40,640 nt of DNA from an uncultured Oscillospiraceae bacterium. GTDB taxonomy: Bacteria; Bacillota; Clostridia; Oscillospirales; Oscillospiraceae. The position numbers and the translations under genes were made by a program. Position 1 is the first letter of the stretch. The number at the start of each line of letters is the position of its first letter. The DNA lies in assembly GCA_964624195.1 (NCBI GenBank), contig CAZUWQ010000001.1:1-40640 (forward strand), given 5' to 3'. This document shows, piece after piece, positions 28,362 to 37,129 of the stretch. The notes under the pieces were generated by a model. The model had not been told where the DNA came from. It did no database searches and saw only the letters and a list, made by a program, of their open reading frames with translations.

Positions 28362-29456
28362 ATGACCGACCTGAAATCCATGACGCCGGAGGAGCTGTCC
28401 GCCTGGCTCAAATCGCTGGGCCAGCCGGCTTTCCGGGGGAAGCAGGTATTTCAATGGCTCCACCGGGGGGCCGCTTCCTTTGACGAGATGAGCGATCTGC
28501 CCAAGTCCCTCCGGCAGCTGCTTTCGGAGCAGTGCGTCCTCACCGTTCCCACCGTGGAGCGCAAGCAGCAGTCCCAGCTGGACGGGACCGTCAAATACCT
28601 ATGGCGGCTGGGGGACGGAAATTGTGTAGAGACCGTTTTGATGCGCTACAGGCATGGGAATACTGTTTGTGTGTCCTGCCAGGTGGGATGCAACATGGGC
28701 TGTGTGTTCTGCGCGTCCACGCTGGGGGGAAAGGTCCGGGACCTGACGCCGGCGGAAATTTTGGATCAGGTCATATTTACGCAGAAGGACAGCGGAGCGG
28801 AGATCTCCAATATCGTTATGATGGGGATCGGGGAGCCAATGGACAATTTTGACCACGTTTTGCGCTTTTTGGAGCTGGTCAACCACCCGGATGGGTTGAA
28901 TATCGGGATGCGCCATATCTCGTTGTCCACCTGCGGTCTGGTGAAGAAAATTGACAAACTGGCACAGTTTGGGTTACAATTAACATTAAGCGTATCTCTT
29001 CACGCCCCGGACGACGCCACCCGCTCCCGGCTCATGCCGGTGAACCGAGGGATCGGGGTGGAACTGCTCATGGAGACCTGCAGACGGTATTTTGAGATCA
29101 CCGGCAGGCGTATTTCCTATGAGTATGCCCTTATCGACGGGGTGAACGACAGCGACGCCCAGGCCGACCGGCTGGCCGCCCTTTTACAGGGGCAGCGGGG
29201 GCACGTAAATCTGATCCCACTGAACCGCGTGAAGGAATCCCCGCTGAAGCCCAGCCGGCGGGTACGCCAGTTTCAGCAGCGGCTGGAGTCCCATGGAGTT
29301 ACCGTCACCGTGCGGCGCAAGCTGGGGAGCGATATCGACGCCTCCTGCGGTCAGCTGCGCCGGAAACAGATAGAAGCATCCCAAAGCGCTGAAAAACTCG
29401 TTCAGAGCAAGACCCTGGGAGCCATAGTCCACCCCGGAAAGGACGAACAAGTATGA
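28362..29456 (+). CDS. rlmN: Dual-specificity RNA methyltransferase RlmN (radical SAM)
   Basis: CNMGCVFC, MGIGEP, SLHA, DIDASCGQL. Confidence 0.96.
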   Translation: MTDLKSMTPEELSAWLKSLGQPAFRGKQVFQWLHRGAASFDEMSDLPKSLRQLLSEQCVLTVPTVERKQQSQLDGTVKYLWRLGDGNCVETVLMRYRHGNTVCVSCQVGCNMGCVFCASTLGGKVRDLTPAEILDQVIFTQKDSGAEISNIVMMGIGEPMDNFDHVLRFLELVNHPDGLNIGMRHISLSTCGLVKKIDKLAQFGLQLTLSVSLHAPDDATRSRLMPVNRGIGVELLMETCRRYFEITGRRISYEYALIDGVNDSDAQADRLAALLQGQRGHVNLIPLNRVKESPLKPSRRVRQFQQRLESHGVTVTVRRKLGSDIDASCGQLRRKQIEASQSAEKLVQSKTLGAIVHPGKDEQV

Positions 29457-30190
29457 ATCTATTTGGTCTCACTGACATTGGCATCGTGCGCAAGGACAAC
29501 CAGGACAGCTACGCCATCCGCGCGCTGGATGAACAGGTGGCGGTGGCGGTGGTGTGCGACGGTATGGGCGGCGCACGGGCGGGCAACGTGGCCAGCGCGG
29601 TGGCGGTGGAATCCTTTGCCGCCGCGGTGGAGGCGAGCCTGAAGAACGAGATACCCGCCGACCCCATGGCGCGGGAGGATATTTTAGCGGACGCCTGTCA
29701 CAAGGCGAATGCTCAGGTCTATGAACTGGCCGCATCCCAGGCGGAATACCGCGGCATGGGTACCACGCTGGTGGCGGCGCTGGTGCTGCCGGACGAGATC
29801 TATGTGGTCAACGTGGGCGACAGCCGGTGCTATCTTTTCACCCCGCAGGGCGCCCACCAGATCACACAGGACCACTCTCTGGTGCAGGTACTGGTGGACC
29901 GGGGCGAGCTGACGCCGGAGGAGGCCCGCATCCACCCCAAGAAAAACCTGATCACCAGGGCGCTGGGGGTGGATACAGAGGTCGTGCCCGACCTCTACCG
30001 GGTGAGTTATCGAAGAGGCGACCATCTGTTGCTGTGCTCCGACGGGCTGACCAATGTGCTGGCGGATGACGCCATACGGGAGACCCTGCGGGGGGACGCG
30101 CCGCCGGAGGTCTGCTGCCGGGAACTGTTGAAGATGACGCTGACGCAGGGTGCGCCGGACAATGTGACCGTCGTTCTGGCCCAGCTGTAA
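29453..30190 (+). CDS. prpC: PP2C-type Ser/Thr phosphatase (PrpC/Stp1)
   Basis: RKDNQD, CDGMGG, MGTT, NVGDSR, DHS, CSDGL, DNVT. Confidence 0.95.
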   Translation: MNLFGLTDIGIVRKDNQDSYAIRALDEQVAVAVVCDGMGGARAGNVASAVAVESFAAAVEASLKNEIPADPMAREDILADACHKANAQVYELAASQAEYRGMGTTLVAALVLPDEIYVVNVGDSRCYLFTPQGAHQITQDHSLVQVLVDRGELTPEEARIHPKKNLITRALGVDTEVVPDLYRVSYRRGDHLLLCSDGLTNVLADDAIRETLRGDAPPEVCCRELLKMTLTQGAPDNVTVVLAQL

Positions 30191-30209
30191 ACGAGGAGGA
30201 ACATTTACC

Positions 30210-32348
30210 ATGGATCAGTACATAGGTAAAATGCTCGATAATCGCTACGAGATTTTGGAGTGCATCGGGACAGGCGGCATGGCGGTGGTATACAAGGCCC
30301 GCTGCCACCGACTGAACCGGCTGGTGGCCGTGAAGATCTTAAAGCCGGAGTTGGCCAAAGACGCGGACTTCCGCCGCCGCTTTCATGATGAATCCCAGGC
30401 AGTGGCTATGCTGTCCAACGCCAATATCGTCTCTGTCTACGACGTGAGCCATTCCGACGGGCTGGACTATATCGTGATGGAACTCATTGACGGGATGACG
30501 CTGAAGCAGTATATGCAAAAGCGCGGTACCCCGCTGAACTGGCGGGAGGCGCTGCATTTTATCACCCAGATCCTCCGGGCGCTGAGCCATGCCCACAGCC
30601 GAGGCATCATCCACCGAGATATCAAGCCACAGAATATTCTGGTCCTGCGGGACGGCAGCGTCAAAGTGACGGATTTTGGCATTGCCCAGTTGGCCAACGC
30701 GGCCCAGTCCACGCTGACGCAGGAGGCGCTGGGCTCGGTACACTATATCTCCCCGGAGCAGGCCAAGGGAAGCCATGTGGACGGCCGGTCTGATTTGTAT
30801 TCCGCCGGCGTGGTGCTCTATGAAATGCTCACCGGACGGCTGCCTTTTGAGGGGGAGACGCCGGTCTTCGTTGCCATTCAGCACATCAATTCCATTCCCA
30901 TCGCCCCCCGGGAACTGAACCCGGAGATCCCAGAGGCGCTGGAGGCCATCACCATGAAGGCTATGGCGCCCAATCTCAATCAGCGGTATGCATCCGCGGA
31001 TGAGATGCTGGCCGACCTGAAGGAATTCCGGAAAAACCCCGACGCGCCTGTTCCGACCCCCGCCGATCCGGAGGAGATGCTGGACGAACCCACCATGGTG
31101 GTGCCTATCCCGGAGATCACCACTGCTGCCAAACAGACGGCGGAGCATCATCCCAAGCAGGGCGGCAGCGGGGACGACGCCCCGCCTGCGGAGCCGAGAA
31201 GACGGAGCGGCGCCCAGGAGGGATACCGCTCCGGCAAGGACGAGGAAGACCCGTCCTCCCGGCGGCGCTCCAACCGGCAGGATCCGGAGGAGGACGATAT
31301 GCTGGACGATCCGCCGCGGCGGCGCAGCGTACCGCCTATCTTGTTTGCCATTTTAGCCATCCTGATTTTTGTAGGCGGCCTGATCTATTTCCTCTACAGC
31401 TTCTTTTTCCAGGGCCTGTTCAGCACGTCAGAGGAGTATCGGGTGCCTGACCTGCGGGGTTATACCATGGAGGAGTTGGAACAGAACCCTGCCATTAAGG
31501 GGGAGTTTGAGGTCGTTGTGGGCTCCACCGTATTCAATACAGAATACGAAGAGGGCAAGATCTGCGATCAGACGCCGGCTGCCAATGAGACGGTGAAGGA
31601 GGGCGGCCTGACCATCACTGTGACCATCAGCGGCGGTGAGGACGAGATGTTCATGCCCGACGTGACCGGATGGGATGCCCGGGAGGCACTGAAGCTGCTG
31701 CAAAACGATATGCATCTCAACGTCAAACAGGAATACGAGTACTCGCCCACCGTCACTGAGAATTTTGTGATCACCTATACCCCCATGCAGGATACCCGCC
31801 TGTATGAGGGGGACGAGGTCACCATCGTCATCAGCAAGGGGCCGGAGCAGATACCGGTCACCGTGACCTCCTTTATCGGGGTCAGCATCGACCAGGTGCG
31901 CAGTCAGCTGGACCTGTTGGGCCTGAAGTTCGGCACCGCCGACTCAGTCTACAGCGATGAATATCCCGATGGCCGGGTGGTTTGGCAGAGCATCCCCAAT
32001 GGCACTGAGGTGGAAAAGGGGACCACCATCAACTTCCAGGTGAGCATGGGCCCGGAGCCGGAGCCCTCGGTGGAGGTCTCGCCGGAGCCCGCGGAGAGCG
32101 ACACCATCGTACCGCCCACTGAGGATGTGGGCGCGGTACCCAGCACCCAGACCATCTCCGTGGATCTGAGCGGCTATACCGGCAATGTGATGGTGCGTAT
32201 CGTGGTAGGCTCCACCACCGCCTTTGACGGCATGGTGGACGCCGGGTCGGTACAGACCTTCTCCCGGGAGGTCACCGGCACCGGCGTACAGCAGGTAAAT
32301 ATCTATATCAACGATAAGTTGGCCTACAGCTACTCACTGTATTTTTGA
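30210..32348 (+). CDS. prkC: PASTA-domain Ser/Thr kinase PrkC/PknB
   Basis: GTGGMA, VAVK, HRDIKPQN, DFG, GSVHYISPEQ; one TM; about three PASTA repeats. Confidence 0.96.
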   Translation: MDQYIGKMLDNRYEILECIGTGGMAVVYKARCHRLNRLVAVKILKPELAKDADFRRRFHDESQAVAMLSNANIVSVYDVSHSDGLDYIVMELIDGMTLKQYMQKRGTPLNWREALHFITQILRALSHAHSRGIIHRDIKPQNILVLRDGSVKVTDFGIAQLANAAQSTLTQEALGSVHYISPEQAKGSHVDGRSDLYSAGVVLYEMLTGRLPFEGETPVFVAIQHINSIPIAPRELNPEIPEALEAITMKAMAPNLNQRYASADEMLADLKEFRKNPDAPVPTPADPEEMLDEPTMVVPIPEITTAAKQTAEHHPKQGGSGDDAPPAEPRRRSGAQEGYRSGKDEEDPSSRRRSNRQDPEEDDMLDDPPRRRSVPPILFAILAILIFVGGLIYFLYSFFFQGLFSTSEEYRVPDLRGYTMEELEQNPAIKGEFEVVVGSTVFNTEYEEGKICDQTPAANETVKEGGLTITVTISGGEDEMFMPDVTGWDAREALKLLQNDMHLNVKQEYEYSPTVTENFVITYTPMQDTRLYEGDEVTIVISKGPEQIPVTVTSFIGVSIDQVRSQLDLLGLKFGTADSVYSDEYPDGRVVWQSIPNGTEVEKGTTINFQVSMGPEPEPSVEVSPEPAESDTIVPPTEDVGAVPSTQTISVDLSGYTGNVMVRIVVGSTTAFDGMVDAGSVQTFSREVTGTGVQQVNIYINDKLAYSYSLYF

Positions 32349-32351
32349 TCT

Positions 32352-33239
32352 ATGACAGGGATCATCGTCAAGGCCCTCAGTGGGTTTTATTATGTAGATA
32401 CTGGGAAGGACGGACCGCCTGTCCCATGCCGGGGGCGGGGCAGGTTGCGCCACCAGCGGCTGACTCCGCTGGTGGGCGATCGGGTAGAGATCACCTTATT
32501 GCCGGACGGGAGCGGCGCGGTGGACGCCGTGCTGCCCCGCCGGAATGAGTTCCAGCGGCCTATGGTGGCTAACATCGACCAGCTGATCATTGTGGCCTCC
32601 GGAGCCGTTCCGGTGACAGACCCCTTTCTCATCGACCGGATGACGGTCATTGCGGAGAGCAAGGGCTGTGAGCCCATCGTCTGCTTCAACAAATGCGATC
32701 TGGAGCGGGTAGACGAGCTGGCCGCGCTGTATGCCGGTGCCGGCTTCCAGACCGTCCAGCTCAGCGCGGAGACGGGGGAGGGGCTGGATAAGCTTTCGGC
32801 TATCATAGCTGGAAAGTCATCTGCCTTTACAGGAAATTCCGGCGTCGGCAAGTCCAGCATCCTGAACGCGCTCCAGCCGGAGCTGGCGCTTCAGGTGGGA
32901 GAGGTAAGCGAGCGGCTGGGCCGAGGGCGGCACACCACCCGCTATGTGGAGCTGCTGCGGGTCAGGGGCGGCCTCATCGCCGACACCCCCGGCTTCTCCG
33001 CGTTTGATGTTGACCAGATGGAGGGGGCGCCCCGGGAAAAACTGGCGTCCGCCTTTCGGGAATTCCGCCCGTATCTTGACCGGTGCCGGTTTGTAGGCTG
33101 CGCGCACGGCAAAGAGAGGGGCTGCGCCGTCCGGGAGGCCGTGGCGGCTGGGGCCATCGCGGAAAGCCGGTATCAAAGCTACCTCCGTCTGTATGACCAG
33201 GCAAAGCCCCGGCAGGACTGGGAGAAGCCAAAACGATAA
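32352..33239 (+). CDS. rsgA: Ribosome small subunit-dependent GTPase RsgA (CpgA)
   Basis: VGDRV, NKCD, GNSGVGKSS, GRHTT, DTPGF, C-terminal C..C.H...C zinc motif. Confidence 0.96.
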   Translation: MTGIIVKALSGFYYVDTGKDGPPVPCRGRGRLRHQRLTPLVGDRVEITLLPDGSGAVDAVLPRRNEFQRPMVANIDQLIIVASGAVPVTDPFLIDRMTVIAESKGCEPIVCFNKCDLERVDELAALYAGAGFQTVQLSAETGEGLDKLSAIIAGKSSAFTGNSGVGKSSILNALQPELALQVGEVSERLGRGRHTTRYVELLRVRGGLIADTPGFSAFDVDQMEGAPREKLASAFREFRPYLDRCRFVGCAHGKERGCAVREAVAAGAIAESRYQSYLRLYDQAKPRQDWEKPKR

Positions 33240-33244
33240 ACCGG

Positions 33245-33273
33245 AACCGGACAGCCTTCTTTCACATAAGCTA
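33245..33273 (+). promoter_or_regulatory. Candidate mother-cell (sigE/sigK-type) promoter of spoVM
   Basis: AACC, 16 nt, CATAAGCTA; fits the mACm-N16-CATAnnnT pattern; the -10 is shared by sigE and sigK. Confidence 0.55.
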
Positions 33274-33295
33274 AGGCAGTGAAAGGAGGCTGTTC
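33249..33295 (+). promoter_or_regulatory. 17-bp hairpin sequestering the spoVM Shine-Dalgarno
   Basis: GGACAGCCTTCTTTCAC-N13-GTGAAAGGAGGCTGTTC; fully paired with 2 G-U; right arm contains AAAGGAGG. Confidence 0.8.
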
Positions 33296-33298
33296 TAT

Positions 33299-33370
33299 AT
33301 GCGTATCGTGGTGGTAAAATTCCCGAAGATGCTGTGTGGGCTGCTGCGTAGGATCTTACACATGGACTGA
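33299..33370 (+). CDS. spoVM: Stage V sporulation protein M (23 aa; absent from the ORF track)
   Basis: MRIVVVKFPKMLCGLLRRILHMD; Pro9 and the K-x-P-K-x-L-x-G pattern match B. subtilis SpoVM (MKFYTIKLPKFLGGIVRAMLGSFRKD); strong RBS; downstream of rsgA. Confidence 0.9.
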   Translation: MRIVVVKFPKMLCGLLRRILHMD

Positions 33371-33375
33371 TGTTA

Positions 33376-33404
33376 GTATATTTCCGGGTGTCCAGGCATA
33401 TAGG
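33376..33404 (+). promoter_or_regulatory. Candidate sigE promoter of the sipL-like gene
   Basis: gtATAttt with 16 nt from ATA to CATAtagg. Confidence 0.55.
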
Positions 33405-33436
33405 TGTGATAGAATACGAGCAAGGAGAGGACGCCT

Positions 33437-34957
33437 ATGGAACTGGAAATGGAACTGCAGCAGCAGACCCTGGCGGGTCATCGCCCGGTCTTTGATTCTC
33501 TGCTGACCCAGGAGGAGACGTTGGAGAGCATCGTGCCCGACTCGTTCCCCGATATTGCCAGGATCGTATCCGCCGCGGGGAAGCTGTTTATCAAGGACAT
33601 GGAGGCGGGGGAGGGGCTGCTGAAGGTCAGCGGATCGGCCTGCGTCACCGTGTTGTATATGCCGGAGGGCGGAGAGCAGCCGAAGGCGCTGGATGTGACC
33701 ATCCCGTTCCAGTGCGCCAGGGACTGCCCCCAGATCCATGAGAGCTGCGCCGTCCACAGCGCGGCGTTTATCCCCACCGCCGACGCCAGATCCCTCAACC
33801 CCCGCAAGCTGCTGATCCGGGTGGACGTCGTCATCCACGTCACCGCCTTTGACCGGGAGTCCCATGGGGTGACCTGCGATGTGGCCTGCAGTCCGGAGCA
33901 CGCCCTGGAAAAGCAATTTTCCAACTGCGGGGACTTTATGATCGCTGAGGTGTTGGAAAAGCCCTTTCTGTTTTCCGACGTCCTGCGGCAGCCCGCGTCC
34001 AAGCCGGCGATGGAGGAATTGCTGTACTATCGCGGGGAACTGGGGACGGTGGACGCCAAGGTCATCGGGAAGAAGCTGGTGTGCAAGGGTGAGATCCTGC
34101 TGTGTGCCCTGTATCGGAGCGGGAGCAGCATTCTCCCCGCCCGGTTTGAGCTGCCCTTCTCCCAAATCGCGGACCTGGCGGCCGGGGTGGAGAACAGCGA
34201 GCCGGAGGTGTCCATCGCCCTGCGTGGGGTGGACTGCCGTCTCCAGGAGGGGGAGCTGGAGGTGACGGTGGAGGCGCTGCTCCAGGCCGCTCTGTGGGCC
34301 CAGACTTCGGTGACCCTCATGAGCGACCTGTACTGCACCTCCTGCCCCCTGGATGTGGAGCGGACGACCTGTACGCTCTGCTCCTCCGCAGAGCGCGGGG
34401 CCAGACGGGAGACCGCCCGCCAGTTCTGCGAGTCAGGCATTCCGGTGAAACAGGTGCTGGACTGCTCTATCGCCGTCACATCCATCGCCTCCCAGCCTGT
34501 TGAGGGCGGCATATCCTGCGCCGCGGAGGTCAACGCCACTGTGCTGTATCTCAGCGAGGACGATGCGCTGTGCTCCGTCAGCTATCCCATATCGGCCGAC
34601 TGTCAGGTGGTATGTCCCTCCGACGCCGACTGCCGCTGCCGGTGCCGACCCATGGGGGAGGCCACCGCGGTGCCGGTCACCGGCGGGCTGGAGGTCCGGT
34701 TTGAGCTGGAGTTTGAGTGGACGGTGACTCGGGAAAAGAAGCTGCCCTGCGTATCCGCCGTGCGCCGCGGCGCCGCCCCCACGGACAGCGGTCCCAGGCC
34801 GTCGGTCATCATCCGGGTGGTGGGGGATGGGGAATCCCTGTGGGACGTGGCAAAAGCCTGCGGCTCCACCATCAAGGACATCTGCGGCGCCAACAGTCTG
34901 ACGGGAGAAGAGGTGGAAAAGGGTGCCCTGCTCCTGATCCCCACTAAACGGGGCTGA
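33437..34957 (+). CDS. SPOCS (DUF3794) repeats plus LysM spore coat morphogenetic protein, SipL-like
   Basis: IVPDSFPDIARI and three repeated beta-sandwich-like units (G.....LY...PF); C-terminal LysM (GESLWDVAK....I..AN); lies between spoVM and spoIVA. Confidence 0.85.
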   Translation: MELEMELQQQTLAGHRPVFDSLLTQEETLESIVPDSFPDIARIVSAAGKLFIKDMEAGEGLLKVSGSACVTVLYMPEGGEQPKALDVTIPFQCARDCPQIHESCAVHSAAFIPTADARSLNPRKLLIRVDVVIHVTAFDRESHGVTCDVACSPEHALEKQFSNCGDFMIAEVLEKPFLFSDVLRQPASKPAMEELLYYRGELGTVDAKVIGKKLVCKGEILLCALYRSGSSILPARFELPFSQIADLAAGVENSEPEVSIALRGVDCRLQEGELEVTVEALLQAALWAQTSVTLMSDLYCTSCPLDVERTTCTLCSSAERGARRETARQFCESGIPVKQVLDCSIAVTSIASQPVEGGISCAAEVNATVLYLSEDDALCSVSYPISADCQVVCPSDADCRCRCRPMGEATAVPVTGGLEVRFELEFEWTVTREKKLPCVSAVRRGAAPTDSGPRPSVIIRVVGDGESLWDVAKACGSTIKDICGANSLTGEEVEKGALLLIPTKRG

Positions 34958-34964
34958 TACAGGA

Positions 34965-35002
34965 AAAAGGAACTGCCAGGCCTGCTTTCGGCAGTTCCTT
35001 TT
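34965..35002 (+). terminator. Intrinsic terminator after the sipL-like gene
   Basis: AAAAGGAACTGCC-N12-GGCAGTTCCTTTT. Confidence 0.85.
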
Positions 35003-35016
35003 GTTGTGCGCGGCTT

Positions 35017-35046
35017 GTCATATTCCATAGCTTATCCCCATACATT
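35017..35046 (+). promoter_or_regulatory. sigE promoter of spoIVA
   Basis: gTCATATT, 14 nt, CATACATT; near-consensus sigE; spoIVA is a known sigE gene. Confidence 0.85.
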
Positions 35047-35077
35047 GTATAGAAAATGGGGCGAGGAGGAGCTTGCT

Positions 35078-36556
35078 ATGGAAAATCACAAGCTGTATGA
35101 AGATATTGCGCAGCGCACCCAGGGCGACATCTATATCGGCGTGGTCGGTCCGGTGCGCACGGGAAAGTCCACCTTCATCAAGCGTTTTATGGAGACTCTG
35201 GTGCTTCCCAAGATAGAAAACACCTATGTGCGGGACCGGGCAAGAGATGAACTGCCCCAGAGCGGGTCCGGGCGGGTCGTGATGACCGCCGAGCCCAAGT
35301 TTGTGCCGGAGGACGCGGTGGTCATGGCTATGGACGACGGCAGCACCTTTTCCGTCCGGCTCATCGACTGCGTGGGCTACATGGTGCCCAGCGCCCTGGG
35401 CCAGCTTGATGGAGAGCTGCCCCGCATGGTGATGACGCCCTGGTTCGACCATGAGATCCCCATGACCCAGGCGGCGGAGTACGGCACCAAGAAGGTCATC
35501 ACCGACCACTCCACCATCGGCATCGTGGTCACCACGGACGGGACGGTAGCGGACATTCCCCGGGAGGATTATTTAGAGGCGGAGGAACGGGTCATCACGG
35601 AGTTGAAGGAGCTGGGCAAGCCCTTCATCGTGCTGCTGAACTCCGCCCAGCCCTTTGGAGAGCGGGCACAGACTCTTCAGGCGGACATCGCCGAGCGGTA
35701 CAATGTGACGTGTCTGGCGGTGAACTGCCTGACGCTTGACGAGACCGCGGTCAGTGAGATCATCCGCGGAGTGCTCCACGAGTTCCCCATGAAACAGATG
35801 GACCTTTTCCTGCCGCCCTGGGTGGAGGTGCTTCCCTTCGACCATCCCATCAAAAGCGGGCTGTATGCCCTTATCCGGGAGGAGACGGCCAATCTCCAGC
35901 GCCTGCGGGACGCGGAAAACGCCGTGGCCGCCATGGGGGACAGGGAGGAAATCAGCTCCGCGACGCTTGACCGGATGGACATGGGCAGCGGCGTTGTCAC
36001 CGCTACGCTGGAGCTGCCCCGCAGTCTGTTTTACAGCACGGTGTCCGAGCAGTGCGGCCTGGACATCGCTGACGACGGCGACCTCATCGACCAATTGACC
36101 CAGCTGGCCGCTATGAAGCGCGGCTATCAGAAGGTGGAGAGCGCCTTGGCCCAGGTGGAGAAGACCGGGTACGGCATTGTGATGCCGGAGCCGGAGGAGA
36201 TGATCTTAGAGGAACCGGAGATCGTAAAGCAGGGGGGACGCTATGGGGTCCGGCTGCGGGCGTCCGCGCCGTCCATCCATATGCTGCGGGCGGACATCAA
36301 GACGGAGTTGTCCCCCATCATGGGCACTGAAAAACAGTCGGAGGAGATGGTGGACTATCTGCTCCGGCAGTTCGAGGGGGACACCGGGCGTATCTGGGAC
36401 TCCAATATCTTTGGCCGCTCCTTCCATGAGTTGGTGGGAGAGGATCTGCAGAGCAAGCTGAAACGGATGCCGGACGATGCCAGAGAAAAGCTGAGAGAGA
36501 CCTTGCAGCGCATCATCAACGAGGGCTCCGGAGGGCTGATCTGCATCATTCTGTAA
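35078..36556 (+). CDS. spoIVA: Stage IV sporulation protein A (coat basement ATPase), 492 aa
   Basis: DIYIGVVGPVRTGKSTFIKRFME, DELPQS, DHSTIG, ends NEGSGGLICIIL; start after GAGGAGGAG. Confidence 0.98.
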   Translation: MENHKLYEDIAQRTQGDIYIGVVGPVRTGKSTFIKRFMETLVLPKIENTYVRDRARDELPQSGSGRVVMTAEPKFVPEDAVVMAMDDGSTFSVRLIDCVGYMVPSALGQLDGELPRMVMTPWFDHEIPMTQAAEYGTKKVITDHSTIGIVVTTDGTVADIPREDYLEAEERVITELKELGKPFIVLLNSAQPFGERAQTLQADIAERYNVTCLAVNCLTLDETAVSEIIRGVLHEFPMKQMDLFLPPWVEVLPFDHPIKSGLYALIREETANLQRLRDAENAVAAMGDREEISSATLDRMDMGSGVVTATLELPRSLFYSTVSEQCGLDIADDGDLIDQLTQLAAMKRGYQKVESALAQVEKTGYGIVMPEPEEMILEEPEIVKQGGRYGVRLRASAPSIHMLRADIKTELSPIMGTEKQSEEMVDYLLRQFEGDTGRIWDSNIFGRSFHELVGEDLQSKLKRMPDDAREKLRETLQRIINEGSGGLICIIL

Positions 36557-36596
36557 AAAATGGGCTGCCGTGCGAGGACACGGCAGCCCATTTTTT
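36555..36596. terminator. Bidirectional intrinsic terminator between spoIVA and the GNAT gene
   Basis: AAAAAATGGGCTGCCGTG-CGAGGA-CACGGCAGCCCATTTTTT between convergent genes. Confidence 0.92.
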
Positions 36597-36598
36597 GC

Positions 36599-37060
36599 TT
36601 AGAAGTGATATACCAGATTGAGGTATTGGGGCAGATCAGGGTCCACATAGCCGGAATCTACGAACCCTGCCGCCTCATAGACGTGTTTGGCGCGCGGATT
36701 TTCCCGGTCCACGGACAGTTCCAGCATCGGAAATCGGGGTCGGACAGAGTACCGTCGGATCAGCTCTTTTGCCGCAGCAACGCCATATCCCTTGCCCTGT
36801 TCCCGCCGGTCGATCAGCATCTCCATCAGATAATAGCACGCCGGCTCCTCTTCTAACTCATAGACCAGCGCCAGTCCCACAGGCCGTTCTTCCGCACTGA
36901 CCACCCAAAGTCTGGCCCCCTGAGCCCGGTAGAGCCAGGCCCGTGCCACGATGCCGCCGGGGGAGGGGATAAACCTTTGCTGTTCCTTTGCCGCCTCCAA
37001 GGTGAGTACCTTGTCCATATTTGCCTCAGTCAACTCTCCCAGGATGATTTCAGATGTCAT
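36599..37060 (-). CDS. GNAT N-acetyltransferase (resembles spermine/spermidine acetyltransferase BltD-type)
   Basis: IDRREQGKGYG acetyl-CoA motif, EN.RAKHVYE..GF; N-terminal L......Q..F pattern; RBS GGAGG; substrate is inferred. Confidence 0.88.
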   Translation of the reverse strand: MTSEIILGELTEANMDKVLTLEAAKEQQRFIPSPGGIVARAWLYRAQGARLWVVSAEERPVGLALVYELEEEPACYYLMEMLIDRREQGKGYGVAAAKELIRRYSVRPRFPMLELSVDRENPRAKHVYEAAGFVDSGYVDPDLPQYLNLVYHF

Positions 37061-37090
37061 GTTCGTTCCTCCAAAAATGATTTCGGAGGG

Positions 37091-37129
37091 TTAGGAAACG
37101 TGAACCCTCCTGACACGCTTCAGCTTCAT
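37091..37129 (-). CDS. Candidate leader peptide MKLKRVRRVHVS upstream of the GNAT gene
   Basis: SD-like AAAGGGTGG 6 nt before ATG; lies inside a ~130-nt leader; overlaps alternative hairpins. Confidence 0.5.
   Translation of the reverse strand: MKLKRVRRVHVS

Noticed and set aside
31100-31330. Charged low-complexity segment in PrkC
   Set aside because: Consistent with the normal disordered juxtamembrane linker of PASTA kinases.
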